Positions 40,317 through 53,400 of a stretch of DNA of 64,000 nt are shown in pieces. Positions within the stretch are counted from its first letter, which is position 1, and every line of letters begins with the position of its first letter. The translations under genes and the position numbers were made by a program. Source of the stretch: Azolla caroliniana (taxonomy: Eukaryota > Plantae > Polypodiophyta); assembly GCA_043228905.1 (NCBI GenBank), contig JBHGNT010000004.1, forward strand, positions 24,614,001-24,678,000, in the 5' to 3' direction. Below the pieces are notes generated by a model. It searched no databases, was not told the origin of the DNA, and saw only the letters and a list, made by a program, of their open reading frames with translations.

Positions 40317-41872
40317 CTTAATTATGTAGTGAAAATCTGTCACTATGTGCGGATCGTGAGACGGAACCGTCAGGGTTCTGGATTAGAAGGATTTATTGCA
40401 ACACGTACAACACAAGCAAGTTTTAAGCATAAGACAAGTGGAAGAGACAAATCATTAGTTTATTGCAAAAGAAAATCGATTCTTTATAATTTCAGAATCG
40501 TGTTACAATGGGTTGGGTATGGAAATGAGAGATTAATTTTTCAAAGAAAGGAGCCAACAATCATGCAAGGAGTGGTCCGATATGAATACGAGAGATAATT
40601 TTTGACAAGAAAGCTCTAGTAAACAAAGCTAGGAGTTTGATATCAATATGTGAGATAATTTGTTTCTCGAATCCGAGAGGGAAGAAGAGGGAAGGAAGGA
40701 AAAAAAAAGTAGAGGGAAAAAAAGGGACATATATCGAGCTCTTTGTTGATCCTCTTCCCCAATGTTACTTTGCATGCCCACTTTTAGTTGCATGGCCTCT
40801 ATTTTTAGTTGCATGGCCTCTACTTTTAGTTGCATGCTTCCATTTTTAGATGCATGCCTTTTACTTTTAGTTGCATGGCCTTGGCTTTTGGTTGCATGTG
40901 ACTATCCGTATAATTCGGCCAAATGACACAATCCATGCGCAATCCGTACATGCGTCACAACCAAACCGTAGACGCGTCCGCGCGCAAAAGTCCCGATCGC
41001 GCAATGTACGCATCCGCGCACGCGTGCGTCCAACCCGCACACACACGCATCCCGACCGCACCGTGTACGCATCCGCGCGCTCGTCCGCATACACGGCGTC
41101 CGTCTGAAACGTCCACGCGGTCGTGCACGCGTAAACCTGAAAACTTCCATGCGGTCGTGCATACACGCTGTCGTGCCCTTCGGCTCCGGATCGTTGCGTG
41201 AGTCGGGTGGGAACCGCCAAGGTTTTGGACTAGGAGGAAGAGGAATACAACTTAAGGCTAGTTATGAATAATAGGAAGAGAAGTAAGATAGTAATCTCGT
41301 GAATCCCACGAGTTTAGTGTATTTTAAAACAATATTTAGATTATAAGAGTAATTTTGATGGCAAAATTCGTGAATCCCACGAATATATTAGATTGATCAA
41401 TTCTTCTATATTAATCAACAACCTTATACATATTTCTCTCATCCTTATATAAAGATGGAAGAGGCTAAGCATGGCTTCATGCTTTTTCACCTAAAGTGTC
41501 CATGCACACTAAATGTGCATGTGATGCTTTGTCATTTCCTAAATATAGGGCTCATGCACGCTAGATGTGCACGAGTCACTTTTAATGTCACGTGTAAATA
41601 AAATATTCACTCTAAAGAATACATGATTTTTACCTTTTAATAAAGGTATGTGTAAATAAAGGTCTTATACGTATTAAATCTATATTTATAACACTAAAGA
41701 TAAGTTATTACAATGGTAAAGTTGGGGTTTATCTACGTGGAGGTGCATGGTTTGAATCTTGCCCTATGCACGTGATAAATTCTTTTGATATATTATTTAT
41801 TTATTTATATGTATCTAAATTCGGATATATTATTTTATGGTTTTCACGTAGTGTGTGGAATACACTACGACA

Positions 41873-43264
41873 CTCGCCCCCTCCGAACCCGCACATCCTC
41901 CGGTATGTGCCGAAGTTGCCGATGCTCGTTGTCTCCCCTTCATCCTCCGTTTGTCCCGCTATGTCAACTTTGTCTCTCCATTTTGAGTAGACCCATTCTT
42001 TCCACCCGAACCATTGTCGCCATCCGATCCACCATATTCTTTGTTCTCTCTCGTCATATTCTTGGCCCTTGTCATTCGTGGTAGTGTCTTTTACTGGCCT
42101 CTTTCTTGTCTTCATCGACTTTCGGTTTGATCGGCTTCCGATCGGATTCGTATTCGGCCGAATCGGAATCGGTTGTTCGGTTTCGATTGAGTCGGTCTCC
42201 TTCCGGCCCGGTTTCGATCTATCGGTTTCGGTTTCGGTTGGCTTTCTTTTCCTCGTTTTCACCAGCCTCGACCGGTCCAACCTCCGGTTGAGTCGGATTG
42301 GCTTCTTTCCGGATCGGTCTCGTCCGATCGGCTTTCGGCTAGGTCGGCTTCCATCCATATTCGCGTTCGGCCAAGTCAGACTCAGTCGATCGGTTTTGAC
42401 CGAGTCGACCCCGTTTCGGGTCGGCTTTCTTTTGGGTCGTCTTTCGGCCGAATCCTCATTCGCCCGGTTCGGCTTTCGTTTGTGTCGACTTTCGGTTGAA
42501 TCCTCATTCGCCCGGTTCGGCTTTCTTTCGGGTCGTCTTTCAGTCGAATCCTCTTTCACCCGGTTCGGCTTTCTTTCGGTTCGTCTTTTGGCCGAATCGT
42601 CTTTTACCCGGTTCGGCTTTCGTTTGTGTCGTCTTTCGACCGAATTCTCTTCCTTTCGGTTCAGCTTTCTTTTGGGTCGACTTTCGGTTGAATCCTCTTT
42701 CACCCGGTTCGGCTTTCTTTCGGATCGGAATCCTGTCCGGATCACCTTCCATCCGAACCGGCTTCCGACTTTACCTTTCTTGCCGCCACCTCCTGTCTCT
42801 CCGATCTCACGTTGGTTCTCGAATACAACCGCCGAAGTCTCTAGAATTAGTGGACAGGAATCCACGGTATTATCGTCCTCCGTTGTTTCACCCATAGCCA
42901 CCTCCTTGGCTATCTCTCCTTCGTATGCATCGGCTTCGACCTTCGTTTCGTTGCCGCCACTTTCCTTATCTTCGGTGTTATGTCGACACACGGGCTCGAC
43001 TACCGAAGTCTCCGAAACAATGGTGAAGGAATCCCTTTGTTCGTGCTCATTTACTTTGTCTTCCTCGTCGCCCTTCCGGTCCTCCACCTTTCCGCCGACA
43101 CATTCCGTCTCTCTGGTCTCACGTTGGTGCACGGGCACAACCGCCAAAGTTTCTGGAACCGGTGTGGGGATACCCTTTCGTCCTCGATCTTCCTCCTCCT
43201 CGTCCTTTGTCGCCCTTTGGTTCGGTTTTAAGCTCCCCTTCAATGTCGACTTGCGACTTTTCAT
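41873..43264 (-). CDS. Low-complexity acidic/basic ORF with 16-aa repeats, in place of pol
   Basis: 487-aa ORF that runs into the LTR, with about 6 copies of RKPNRVKEDSTERRPK. Translation is uncertain. Confidence 0.4.
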
Positions 43265-43703
43265 GCATCTTCGAACCCTTCCGCATCAAGCTCTCCTTCA
43301 GTGGAAGTCGGTGGCCGCTTTTCACCCACTGTTGACCGCCGTTCGTGGACCATGTCCTCGTCTGCTTCGGTCTTAGATAGTCATATGCGTCTCGTATAGC
43401 TTCTTCAAAGGACTCCCATGTTGGATTTTGTTGCGGGTCGAAGCATGCTACGGTGTACCAACTTTTGGCCAAAAATTTAGTACTAAATCGAAGAAGAAAA
43501 GAAACATTAAAAATTGTAAATAAATTTCAAAAAACCAAAAACAAATTCATTACGTCACACTCGAATGTTCAAAGATATTATACGTCACACTCGAATGTCC
43601 CTAGGCCATATTTAATGCATTAAGTGTTGCCCCAGTCTCCTAGGTAGAGTTGTACGAAAGCACACCTGGAGAAGGTTTCCATTGTGACAGGTGGTCAGTG
43701 TCA

Positions 43704-43759
43704 ATCTCTCTCTCTCTGGTATTGGTAGTCGAACGTGTCAGTTGGTATGTCTCTCTCTC

Positions 43760-43799
<40 letters not shown>

Positions 43800-43888
43800 G
43801 TCTCGAAGTTGTCAGACAGACACCTTCGAAGGTCTGTTTCTCTCTGTCTCTCACTCACTCTCTGTCTCTCTGTCTCTCTGTCTGTCTG

Positions 43889-43932
<44 letters not shown>

Positions 43933-44125
43933 GTCTCGAAGTTGTCAGACAGACACCGTCGAGGGTCTGTTTCTCTTTGTCTCTCACTCACTCTCTGTCT
44001 CTCTCTCTCTCTCTTCTACCTCGAAGTTGTCAGACAGACACCTTCGAAGGTCTGTTTCTCTCTGTCTCTCACTCCACCTTCGAAGGTCTCTTTCTTTCTT
44101 TCTTTCTGTTTCTCTCTCTCACTCC
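43704..44125 (+). repeat. (CT)n microsatellites with three copies of CTCGAAGTTGTCAGACAGACACC upstream of the accessory gene
   Basis: Read directly from the sequence; probable promoter or 5' UTR. Confidence 0.85.
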
Positions 44126-45065
44126 ACCTTCGATTCTCTGTTTCCCCGTTGTTGTTGTTCTTGTGTTCCCCTCTGTGCCAGGTTCGATCTCTGAACTCTG
44201 TATACGCAGCAGCCTCTGCAGCAACCTCTGAAGTTTGTCTCCTCTGCAGCAGCCTCTGAAGTTTGCTCGTTTGTCTCCTCTGCAGCAGCCTCTGACGTTT
44301 TGCTCGTTTGTCATCCTGAAGTTTTCTCGTTTGTCTCCCAAGGTATCGAAATCAAGACGGTGTGGTACCTCTGCAAGTTTAGCGACCTCCAGGTATTCTC
44401 TGTGTTGCATGCCCAACTGGTATGTATTCTTTTTCTGAATGTTTCCTCTCTGTCTGTTTTTTATTTGTATGTGTATGACCATTTGTAGGTTTTGATTATT
44501 CATAGTCTATGTGTTGCATGCCCAACTGGTATGTTTTTGTTTTCTCTGTGTTTCTCTGTGTTTCTTTTAAAAATGTATCACAATATTTTGTTCGATGTGG
44601 TTGTGTGTTAGACATGTTTGTACATGTGGCCAAAATGGAGTTGGCTATGATGAGTTGCTATGTTTTTGTTTTGTTAATGTTTCATGTCCATCTGTTTTTA
44701 TTTTGTGTGAGTTTGGCATGGATGAGTTTTTTTCCTACTATTTTGGGTTTTTGTATGTTGGACATGGCTTGTACATGCGATGTGATGGAGTTGGTTATGA
44801 TGATTTACAAAGTTTTCGTTTTCTTTGACTTTCCTATTCGTCTGTTTTTATTTTCTGTGTGTTTGACATGGATGAGTTTTATTTTCTGTGTGTTTGACTA
44901 TTTAGGGTTATTGTGTGTTGATTTGCAATGTGATGATTTGCTATGTGGTTTGTACATGTGGTTTGTACATGCAATGTGATGATTTGCTATGTGTTGATGG
45001 TAATTGCGATGTGTTGATGGTAATTGATTTGCTATGTGTTGATGAGAATTGTGTTGACTAGGAAA

Positions 45066-48000
45066 ATGACGAGAAGGACACCCATAAAGAAGACATTGAT
45101 GAAAGAGAAAGTGAAGACACCAATGAAGGAAGGAAGAAGGACACCCATGAAAGAAAGCAAGAAGACACCCACAAGAGAAAGGGTGATGAATTCATCAACA
45201 CAGAGAAAGAAGACCTGGCAGTACCAGTCCATCAGTCGAGACACACCTCTTGGATGGAATTATTTCCTTCGGGCACGACCTGACGTTTACCCAGAGCTGA
45301 GAGAGTGGTTGTTAAAAACCTGGGGGTCAGCACATCCCGACACAAGGCGAGGATTCCACATGAGTGGTTTGAAGAGGGAATACATCAATTTATTGAAGAC
45401 GAGATACGAACATGTTTATGATACAAATCAAATCACTAACAATGAGGTGGGTACTGTTTTTGCACGTGCTTTTGCATGTGAAGTTCAAGGTGGCATCGAC
45501 GTTAATTGGGAAGATTTTAATCGGCACCGGTCAGAACATTACAAAGGGTCCTCCAGTACCAACACTGGCTTGAAGTCATCTGGAACCTCTCATGTGGATA
45601 TTCCAGCTACAACACCTGTCCAACAAGTTCTAGAGGCAAAGGTACGGGCCACAATGACTGAAAAACATGAACAGATGATGGCTGGTTGCATAGCTTCTAT
45701 GAGCTCAAGAATACAAGCACTACTTGCTGATTTGGAAGCAGTTAAATCAGCTGAGATACAGGCAGAAAAGAAATTTTCTTCAATAAAGACTACATATGAA
45801 TGGATTGCATCGACAATCCAAAATTCAGAAAGTGAGGTGTTGAAAGAGGAGTTGAAGAAAGAGCTGAACAATATGGGTGCTCAATTACATTCACAGATGA
45901 CAGACCTTGATACTTGCAGGAATGCACATGAAGAAATAGATAATAAGTTGTCAGCCTTAAAGTTGCATTCTGAGAACCTTGCATGCTTGATGCAGGATTT
46001 AAAACATAATGGTTTTGATACTTTGTGTCCATCTGTAATTGAGCACCCAAGTGGTATAGAAAGTACCATTACTAGTATAGCTATATCACGGTATTAGCTT
46101 TAAAAGTTATTTATTTCTACTTTTATGGTATAAATAAGTGAGCAGCTAATATATTATAACTTGTGTTTGCAATCTTCCAGGTGTATATTTTGTGGCCTCG
46201 GATTCAAGCTGGAGGCTATGGATGTTGTGATTACACCATGCTTGCACACATATCATGTGCTATGTGCTAAGTATCATTTTGAGAAAGAGAATACATGTAT
46301 GGACTGTAAAACTACAATTGCGGCTGAGTGGTACTATGCTTGGGGTTTAAAAGTACACCCGTACGGTATGTGGCTCTACTATTCTATTGTTTGTATTATA
46401 TAATGTCAATTATCATTTGGACTAGAACTAGTGTATGCCACAATTCATACTTAAAATTTAGGAGAACAATGGATTAGTATTAGTGTATCTCTAACAACAA
46501 TGGGATAGTATTGGCAGTACTCTTAATATATAATTGGTATGTGTAGTTAGTTGAAGGGATATTTTCCAGAATTAGTAGTACTAAAAGGGAACCAGGTACA
46601 ACATCGTCCAATCTATATTGTAACTTGCCTAGTATTAGTTTAGTAAACACTATACTTATAGTACACTGTTGACTGTTAGTATTGTTTGTGTAACTTGGAA
46701 ATTAGTACTAGTAATGTAATTTGGGAACAAGGTGTCACTTAAATTGCTGAATAATAGTACAGTTTCTGTAATTTGGAAATGAGGTGTGTGAAACACATAT
46801 CACGTTTAGTACTAATACTGTTCAAGTTCAATACTGTTGGTGTAATTAGTACAAGTTATGTAACTAGGTGTGTAGAACACATATCACGTTTAGTATTACT
46901 TGTGTGCAAAATACCAATCTACATTTGTTGGATTAGTACTTAGTAATTACTACATTGTTCATGATTAGTACTAGTTTTGTACTTTGTGAACTAAGTTTCT
47001 AGTACATTGCTCATGATTAGTAATAGTTTTGTAACTAAGTGAGTAGTACATTGCTCATGATTAGTACTAGTTTTGTAATTTGGGAACTGAGTAGTACTTT
47101 GTTCCCTATTAGTACTAGATTTGTACCTTATTTGTGTAAATTGGTAACTAAGTGAGTAGTATATTGTGCATGATTAGTACTATTTGTGTAATTTGGGAAC
47201 TAAGTGAGCAGTACATTGTTCGGGATTAGTACTAGTTCAGTGATTTAGGAAATAAGTGAGTAGTACATTGTTCAAGATTAGTACTACTTATAAATTTGAC
47301 AAAGTCAGTGGTGCATTTTTCGGGATTAGTACTTGTGCATGATTAGTACTACTTGTGTATATTGTGCATGATTAGTACTATTTGTGTAATTTGCGAACTA
47401 AGTGAGCAGTACATTGTTCCTTATAAGTACTAGTCCACTAATTTAGGAAACAAGTGAGTAGTACATTGTTCATGATTAGTACAGTGGTACATTGTTCGGG
47501 ATTAGTACTCCTTGTGTAACATGGTAACTAAGTGAGTAGTATATTCTGCATGATTAGTACTACTTGTGTATATTGTGCATGATTAGTACTACTTGTGTAA
47601 ATTGGGAACTAAGTGAGCAGTACATTGTTCCTTATTAGTACTAGTTCAGTAAATTAGGAACTATGTGAGGAGTACATTGTGACCTACATTGTATATTTTA
47701 GATGATGGTACTAACGTTCAACGTTTTTTTGTTTCTTGCAATGAATGTCGTAGTGTCAAGCAACTCCACGCCAGGGAAGGTCATGGAACTACCAGCCCCT
47801 GTGCCTAAACCCTCAATATCTGCCGCACATTCCAAGGTTCAGGGACCATCATTACCAATAACCTATGATTTTTATGATGAGGATGAATGTATGAGAAGGG
47901 CCATTGGAGCAGTGGAACATATGCTTCTACAAACAAATTCCCCAAGCTCCGGTCAACAATTTGAAATAGAGCCCACTAAGAAGAGAAATGATGTGTCTTT

Positions 48001-49567
48001 AGAAATAGAGCCCAGTAAGAAGAGAAATGCTGCAAGAATGTTGTATGGAAACGGCAAGAAAAGGAAAGTTGAATGCAATGGTGAGTCATATAAGTTCTCA
48101 CCTGTCAGGAGCGTTGTCAACCTAATCCATTGTCTAATACCATGTACTTGTGTTGCTAGCTGATGACGAAATGATATTTGGTGACGGAGATACGAGTTCA
48201 AAACCTGATCGTGAAGACGAATTTATCACACTCCCAGGTAAACGTCAAAAGCCAGACTTTGAAAACAATGATTTAGCTCATAACAACCCTATTATATTGT
48301 TGCTTTTGGTGCATTCTATAGATCATAGCAACACTGTTGAGCACCTAGATGTTGTGGAGAAGATGACCGAGCCCACCACTTGCAATGGGGTATCTACGGC
48401 TGTACAGTATGACCATGTAACATTAGGTAAAAATGTGGCCCAAAACCCTATGTTCATTGTTTGCAAACTTTTGAGTATGTGAGTTGATACTAATATTGTT
48501 TGGAATCCCATTAATTAGGTTTACAAGAGCAGCCTGAATCGGGAACTTCATGGAGCACAAGTGCAGAGTCAGATTCTGGGATTAACCTTTCCACGGAGGC
48601 AGATTCTGGAAGCACATCTTCCACACATGAGGATTGTGAGAAAAACGAAGCATTCATATGTGAAGAGCAGCTGGCATGTCCAAACAACAGTATGTCTAAA
48701 GAAGCCCATGAGGAGTGTGGAAAGAATATGGCAAGTACTGAAGAGAAGATTGAAGCCCATGAAGAGTCTGGAAAGAATATGGCAAGTACTGAAGAGAAGA
48801 TTGAAGCCTATGAAGACTCTGGAAAGAATATGGCAAGTACTGAAGAGAAGATTGAAGCTCATGAAGAGTGTGGAAAGAATATGGCAAGTACTGAAGAGAA
48901 GACTGAAGCCCATGAAGAGTGTGGAAAGAATATGGCAAGTACTGAAGAGCAGACTGATTGTACTGATAATGTGTTAGTAGTGTCTACTGATAATGTGCTA
49001 GTACTGTCTAAAGATTCTGATGAGGAGTATGGAAAGAACATTGCTAGTAATGAAGAGGAGCTTGATTGTACTGAGAATGCCCAAATGGATCGTGGAAAGA
49101 ACATCGCTTTCCCTGAAGATAAGCCTGATTGTACAGAATCACATGAGGAGCCTGATTGTACAGATAAGCCTGATTGTACACGTAGTCTTAAGAATGAGTT
49201 GACAGCCACCGTACAAGAGGAGTTGACCATGACTACTGCCATAGTCCACATACAGGAGTCTAATAAGAACGAGTGTACAGGCATCATTGATGATGATAGG
49301 GGAATAAAGATGAGTGATAATTTGACTATCGACAGCACCTTTGTGGATTTGTGTACAAGCATTGCAGTTGCAGAAAACACAGTTGCTCTCTCAAGCTTGC
49401 CACCAGTACAAGGTGCCCGCGCATCCACGCCTATCTCTGATGCCTCTGATGATGAAGTGCCACTTAGTCAGCTCATACCTAAAGGCTTTAAGATAAAGAA
49501 GAATGTAAAATCTGGCACCAACAACAAGCGCATTACAAGATCGGCCAAGTTACCCTCTAGTGCCTGA
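45066..49567 (+). CDS. Transposon accessory protein: coiled coil, RING-H2, acidic repeats (about 922 aa, 6 exons)
   Basis: Exons 45066-46090, 46181-46365, 47754-48080, 48160-48237, 48322-48426 and 48519-49567, all GT-AG and phase-compatible (2769 nt). RING: CIFC-x15-CLHTYHVLC-x10-CMDC. Confidence 0.75.
46560..47690. repeat. Degenerate intronic tandem array rich in GATTAGTACT / TAGTACATTG
   Basis: Dozens of TAGTAC motifs in intron 2 of the accessory gene. Confidence 0.85.
48701..48955 (+). repeat. 51-bp coding tandem repeat, 5 copies (EAHEECGKNMASTEEKI)
   Basis: Units start at 48701, 48752, 48803, 48854 and 48905. Confidence 0.95.
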
Positions 49568-50487
49568 TTTTCTTCCGATTGTACTTGAACTTTAGCTGTT
49601 AGTGATGTCTGAAATACCTCTATTTGGATACCAAAATACTGTTTCAATTGCCAATGTCAAAATTCCACTTCTGTATTTTGTAGAAACAATGGGAATATAC
49701 TTTTTGATCTAAGTATTCCTCTTTTTACAACGTTTTGTTTCTTTTTTGAGATCATCTCCTGATGAGTTGCCAAGTCTTTGAGTCTGTTGTAGATAAAATG
49801 CTTGAAATTCTTCTTAGCTTGCTAGGAAAATTTAGGTTTTCAGGTGTTAATGATGATAAACAGAAAATATCGGGTGTTATTGAAGTATAGACTGTTTCAT
49901 CAATCCCATTTGGAGGGTAACCAGAATTTGTGCAAATTGTTGAAGCAATGTGGGCCATATTTTGATGATATCATCCCAATGGATGAACTATCCACTAACA
50001 GTAGTAAGGAAACACTCCCCTTTTTGAGCTATCACAAATTATTGTTTCAGGAGTTGGATTATTTTGTTAAGGAATTTGAGGCTTCATTGCACATTTGCTT
50101 CTTGAAGAATGAACTTACAGTATAAAATCTTACAATATTAAAGTCATAATTTGAATTCAACTTACAGATTTATGTGCCTACAGAGGACACACCAACGGCA
50201 ATGAATCTAGACTTTATCAAGAAGATATACAATATTTTTACTCATTTTACCATGGCTCTGCAAAACTTCTATGCTCAAATAACATCAGGAAACATGAGCA
50301 ATATCGGCAATGAAGAAATCCAAGTCTTGTTGACAACAACTAATATATTATGAAAGATAAGTACAAGTGGTTGACAGGCATAAACACTTTAGAAGAAAGA
50401 TGAAATATATCAATTCATTTGTCAATCATCAAAATTAATAGTGAACTCCAAGTATTGAGAGGGTACAATGTATTGAGAGGGTGACTT

Positions 50488-53400
50488 TCAAGCATTAAAT
50501 AGAGAGACCTCCCCTAATATGTGCTCATGAACCTCTTGGGGGACCTTGTAGACAGTGTTGTATCCCTTAACCTTGTGCTTTGCTTGAGTCATATTGAATT
50601 TGATCGCAAGAATGGCATCAGCGTAGATTATTGCGATGGGTGCTTCTTTTAGTAATGCATATGTGTTCTTGCACTGCGGCAACTTTGCATAATAGTTTCC
50701 ATACACGACAGACTCACCAACGTTGAAATTGTTGCCCCAGCCATCCCTCACCACTTCTTTCAATAATGTCTTTCCTTGCTTGCACACCACAATGTAGTAG
50801 TCTTCTAAATCTTCATTCTGAGGAGATTTGAGCACTGCAAAATGATCTCCAACTTCCAATAAAACTGCCAAGTCTTGATTTTGGTTGTAGTATACAATAT
50901 CGTTTGAATGCACATCATCTTCAATATCATCTTGTCGTTCAGGCTCAAGCTTCTGCAACTTCCAGGGCTCCACGATTGATAGGTTGATGCATTTATCCCA
51001 AGCTTCATCTATACACATGGAACAAAAGCATGATAAACTACGTAGTAACAATTGTGTTGTGTCCTTGCGGCTAAACCCTAACACACAATGGGTGCTGCGT
51101 GTGCCTTTCACGGTTTTACAACCATATGATTTAGTTCTATCGACCTCATCAGCGCGAACTTCAACAAACAATCTGTTCTTACCATCATTTGACATCTTCC
51201 ATGTTAGCCACTGCACAACATCATGTGCATTTTGTAGCTTAGCACCATTATTATCCAACTGCTCACTTGTAAGGGCACGTTTGATCACAGCCCCCGCGCC
51301 ATCATGCTCTCCTTTTCCATGTCCAGACCCGAAGTAATTCCATTGCATACGAATGTTGAATAAGGAGAAATACCTGCTTTTGTAACTCAGGTTTCCAACA
51401 AAATTAGTACTATGTTGTCAATAGAGAGTACTACACTTCCATTAATACTGGCATCCATTTAATACTAACTTAGTATGGATATAACTTAGTACTAACTTAG
51501 TCTGGTTTATACTATGAGTACAAGATGAGTACTTTACATCCCCTTGTATAGTACAATGTGTCTATGGAGAACCCTTCACATGGATTAAAACATAATTAGT
51601 ACAATTCTCTTAAGGACGGACAATACTATAAGTACAAGATGAGTACTTTACATCCTTTTGTAAACACAACATAGTACAGAAGCAACACACAACATAGTAC
51701 AATGTGTCTATGGAGAACCCTTCACATTGATTAGTCGATACTTAGTACAATTCTTAGTACTAACTTAGTCTGGTTTATACTATGAGTACAAGATGAGTAC
51801 TTAACATCCTCTTGTATAGTACAATGTGTCTATGGAGAACCCTTCACATGGATTAAAACATAATTAGTACAATTCTCTTAAGGACGGACAATACTATAAG
51901 TACAAGATGAGTACTTTACATCCTTTTGTAAACACAACATAGTACAGAACCAACACACAACATACTACAATGTGTCTATGGAGAACCCTTCACATTGATT
52001 AGTCGATACTTAGTACAATTCTTAGTACTAACTTAGTCTGGTTTATACTATGAGTACAAGATGAGTACTTAACATCCTCTTGTATAGTACAATGTGTCTA
52101 TGGAGAACCCTTCACATGGATTAAAACATAATTAGTACAATTCTCTTAAGGACGGACAATACTATAAGTACAAGATGAGTACTTTACATCCTTTTGTAAA
52201 CACAACATAGTACAGAACCAACACACAACATACTACAATGTGTCTATGGAGAACCCTTCACATTGATTAATCGATACTTAGTATGGATATAACTTAGTAC
52301 TAACTTAGTATGGTTTATACTATGAGTAGAAGATGAGTACTTTACATCCTCTTGTATAGTACAATGTGTCTATGGAGAACCCTTCACATGGATTAAAACA
52401 TACTTAGTACAATGCTCTTAAGGACGGACAATACTATGAGTACAAGATGAGTACTTTACATCCTCCTGTAAACACAACATAGTACAGATACAACACACAA
52501 CATAGTACAATGTGTCTATGGAGAACCCTTCACATGGATTAAAACATACTTAGTACAATGCTCTTAAGGACGGACAATACTATGAGTACAAGATGAGTAC
52601 TTTACATCCTCCTGTAAACACAACATAGTACAGATACAACACACAACATAGTACAATGTGTCTATGGAGAACCCTTCACATGGATTAAAACATACTTAGT
52701 ACAATGCTCTTAAGGACGGACAATACTATGAGTACAAGATGAGTACTTTACATCCTCCTGTAAACACAACATAGTACAGATACAACACACAACATAGTAC
52801 AATGTGTCTATGGAGAACCCTTCACATGGATTAAAACATAGTACAAACAAAATTAGTATGCATGCATCCATTCACAAGTGCAAGATTCGAATAGTTACAA
52901 ACATAATTAGTATGCATCCATGTGAATAGTACTGTTTGTTAATAATTACAAACATAATTAGTATGCATGCACTAACACAAGAATTACTTCCTTACACATT
53001 GCATGGTAAGTACTAAACATATGGATTAAAAATTACCTGGCGATAAAGTAGAACGATCGTGCCGCCTTAAACTGCGAGGCAGCACCATCAGACCAAACCC
53101 AATGACGGTTAAAGGTTACCCCTAGAGAAAATAAATCTGCATGGTGAAGCTTAAAACAATGTTGAACAAATAGTGTATCATGTTTTTTATCATCTGAAAT
53201 GTAAAATATTGATTTCTTATGTAACTCACCGTCTTGCCTCCAATAGCAAATATGCACAAGTATTGTACATTGATCATTGTACCAATGCATTGATTGAACC
53301 TCATTCTGAACTTTAAATGTATAGTTTTCTGCAAAGTCAATAACAGATACGATGACACCCGTTGGTAAGTTATTAATACATTCCTTGAATTGTGAATTTT

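Noticed and set aside
42069-43376. 435-aa plus-strand ORF
   Set aside because: Antisense shadow of stop-poor repeats with no recognisable domain.
43650-44259. Several SL-rich ORFs
   Set aside because: Translations of CT microsatellites.
48561-48977. Alternative-frame repeat ORF (KSVERIWQVLKRRLKPM)
   Set aside because: Frame shadow of the 51-bp repeat. The splice phase selects the acidic frame.
49760-50125. Possible third gene inside the DNA transposon
   Set aside because: Short ORF with no motif and no supportable splice model.
51460-52845. CRISPR-like repeat-spacer appearance
   Set aside because: The intervening sequences are themselves repeated, the array lies in a GT-AG intron, and there are no cas genes.
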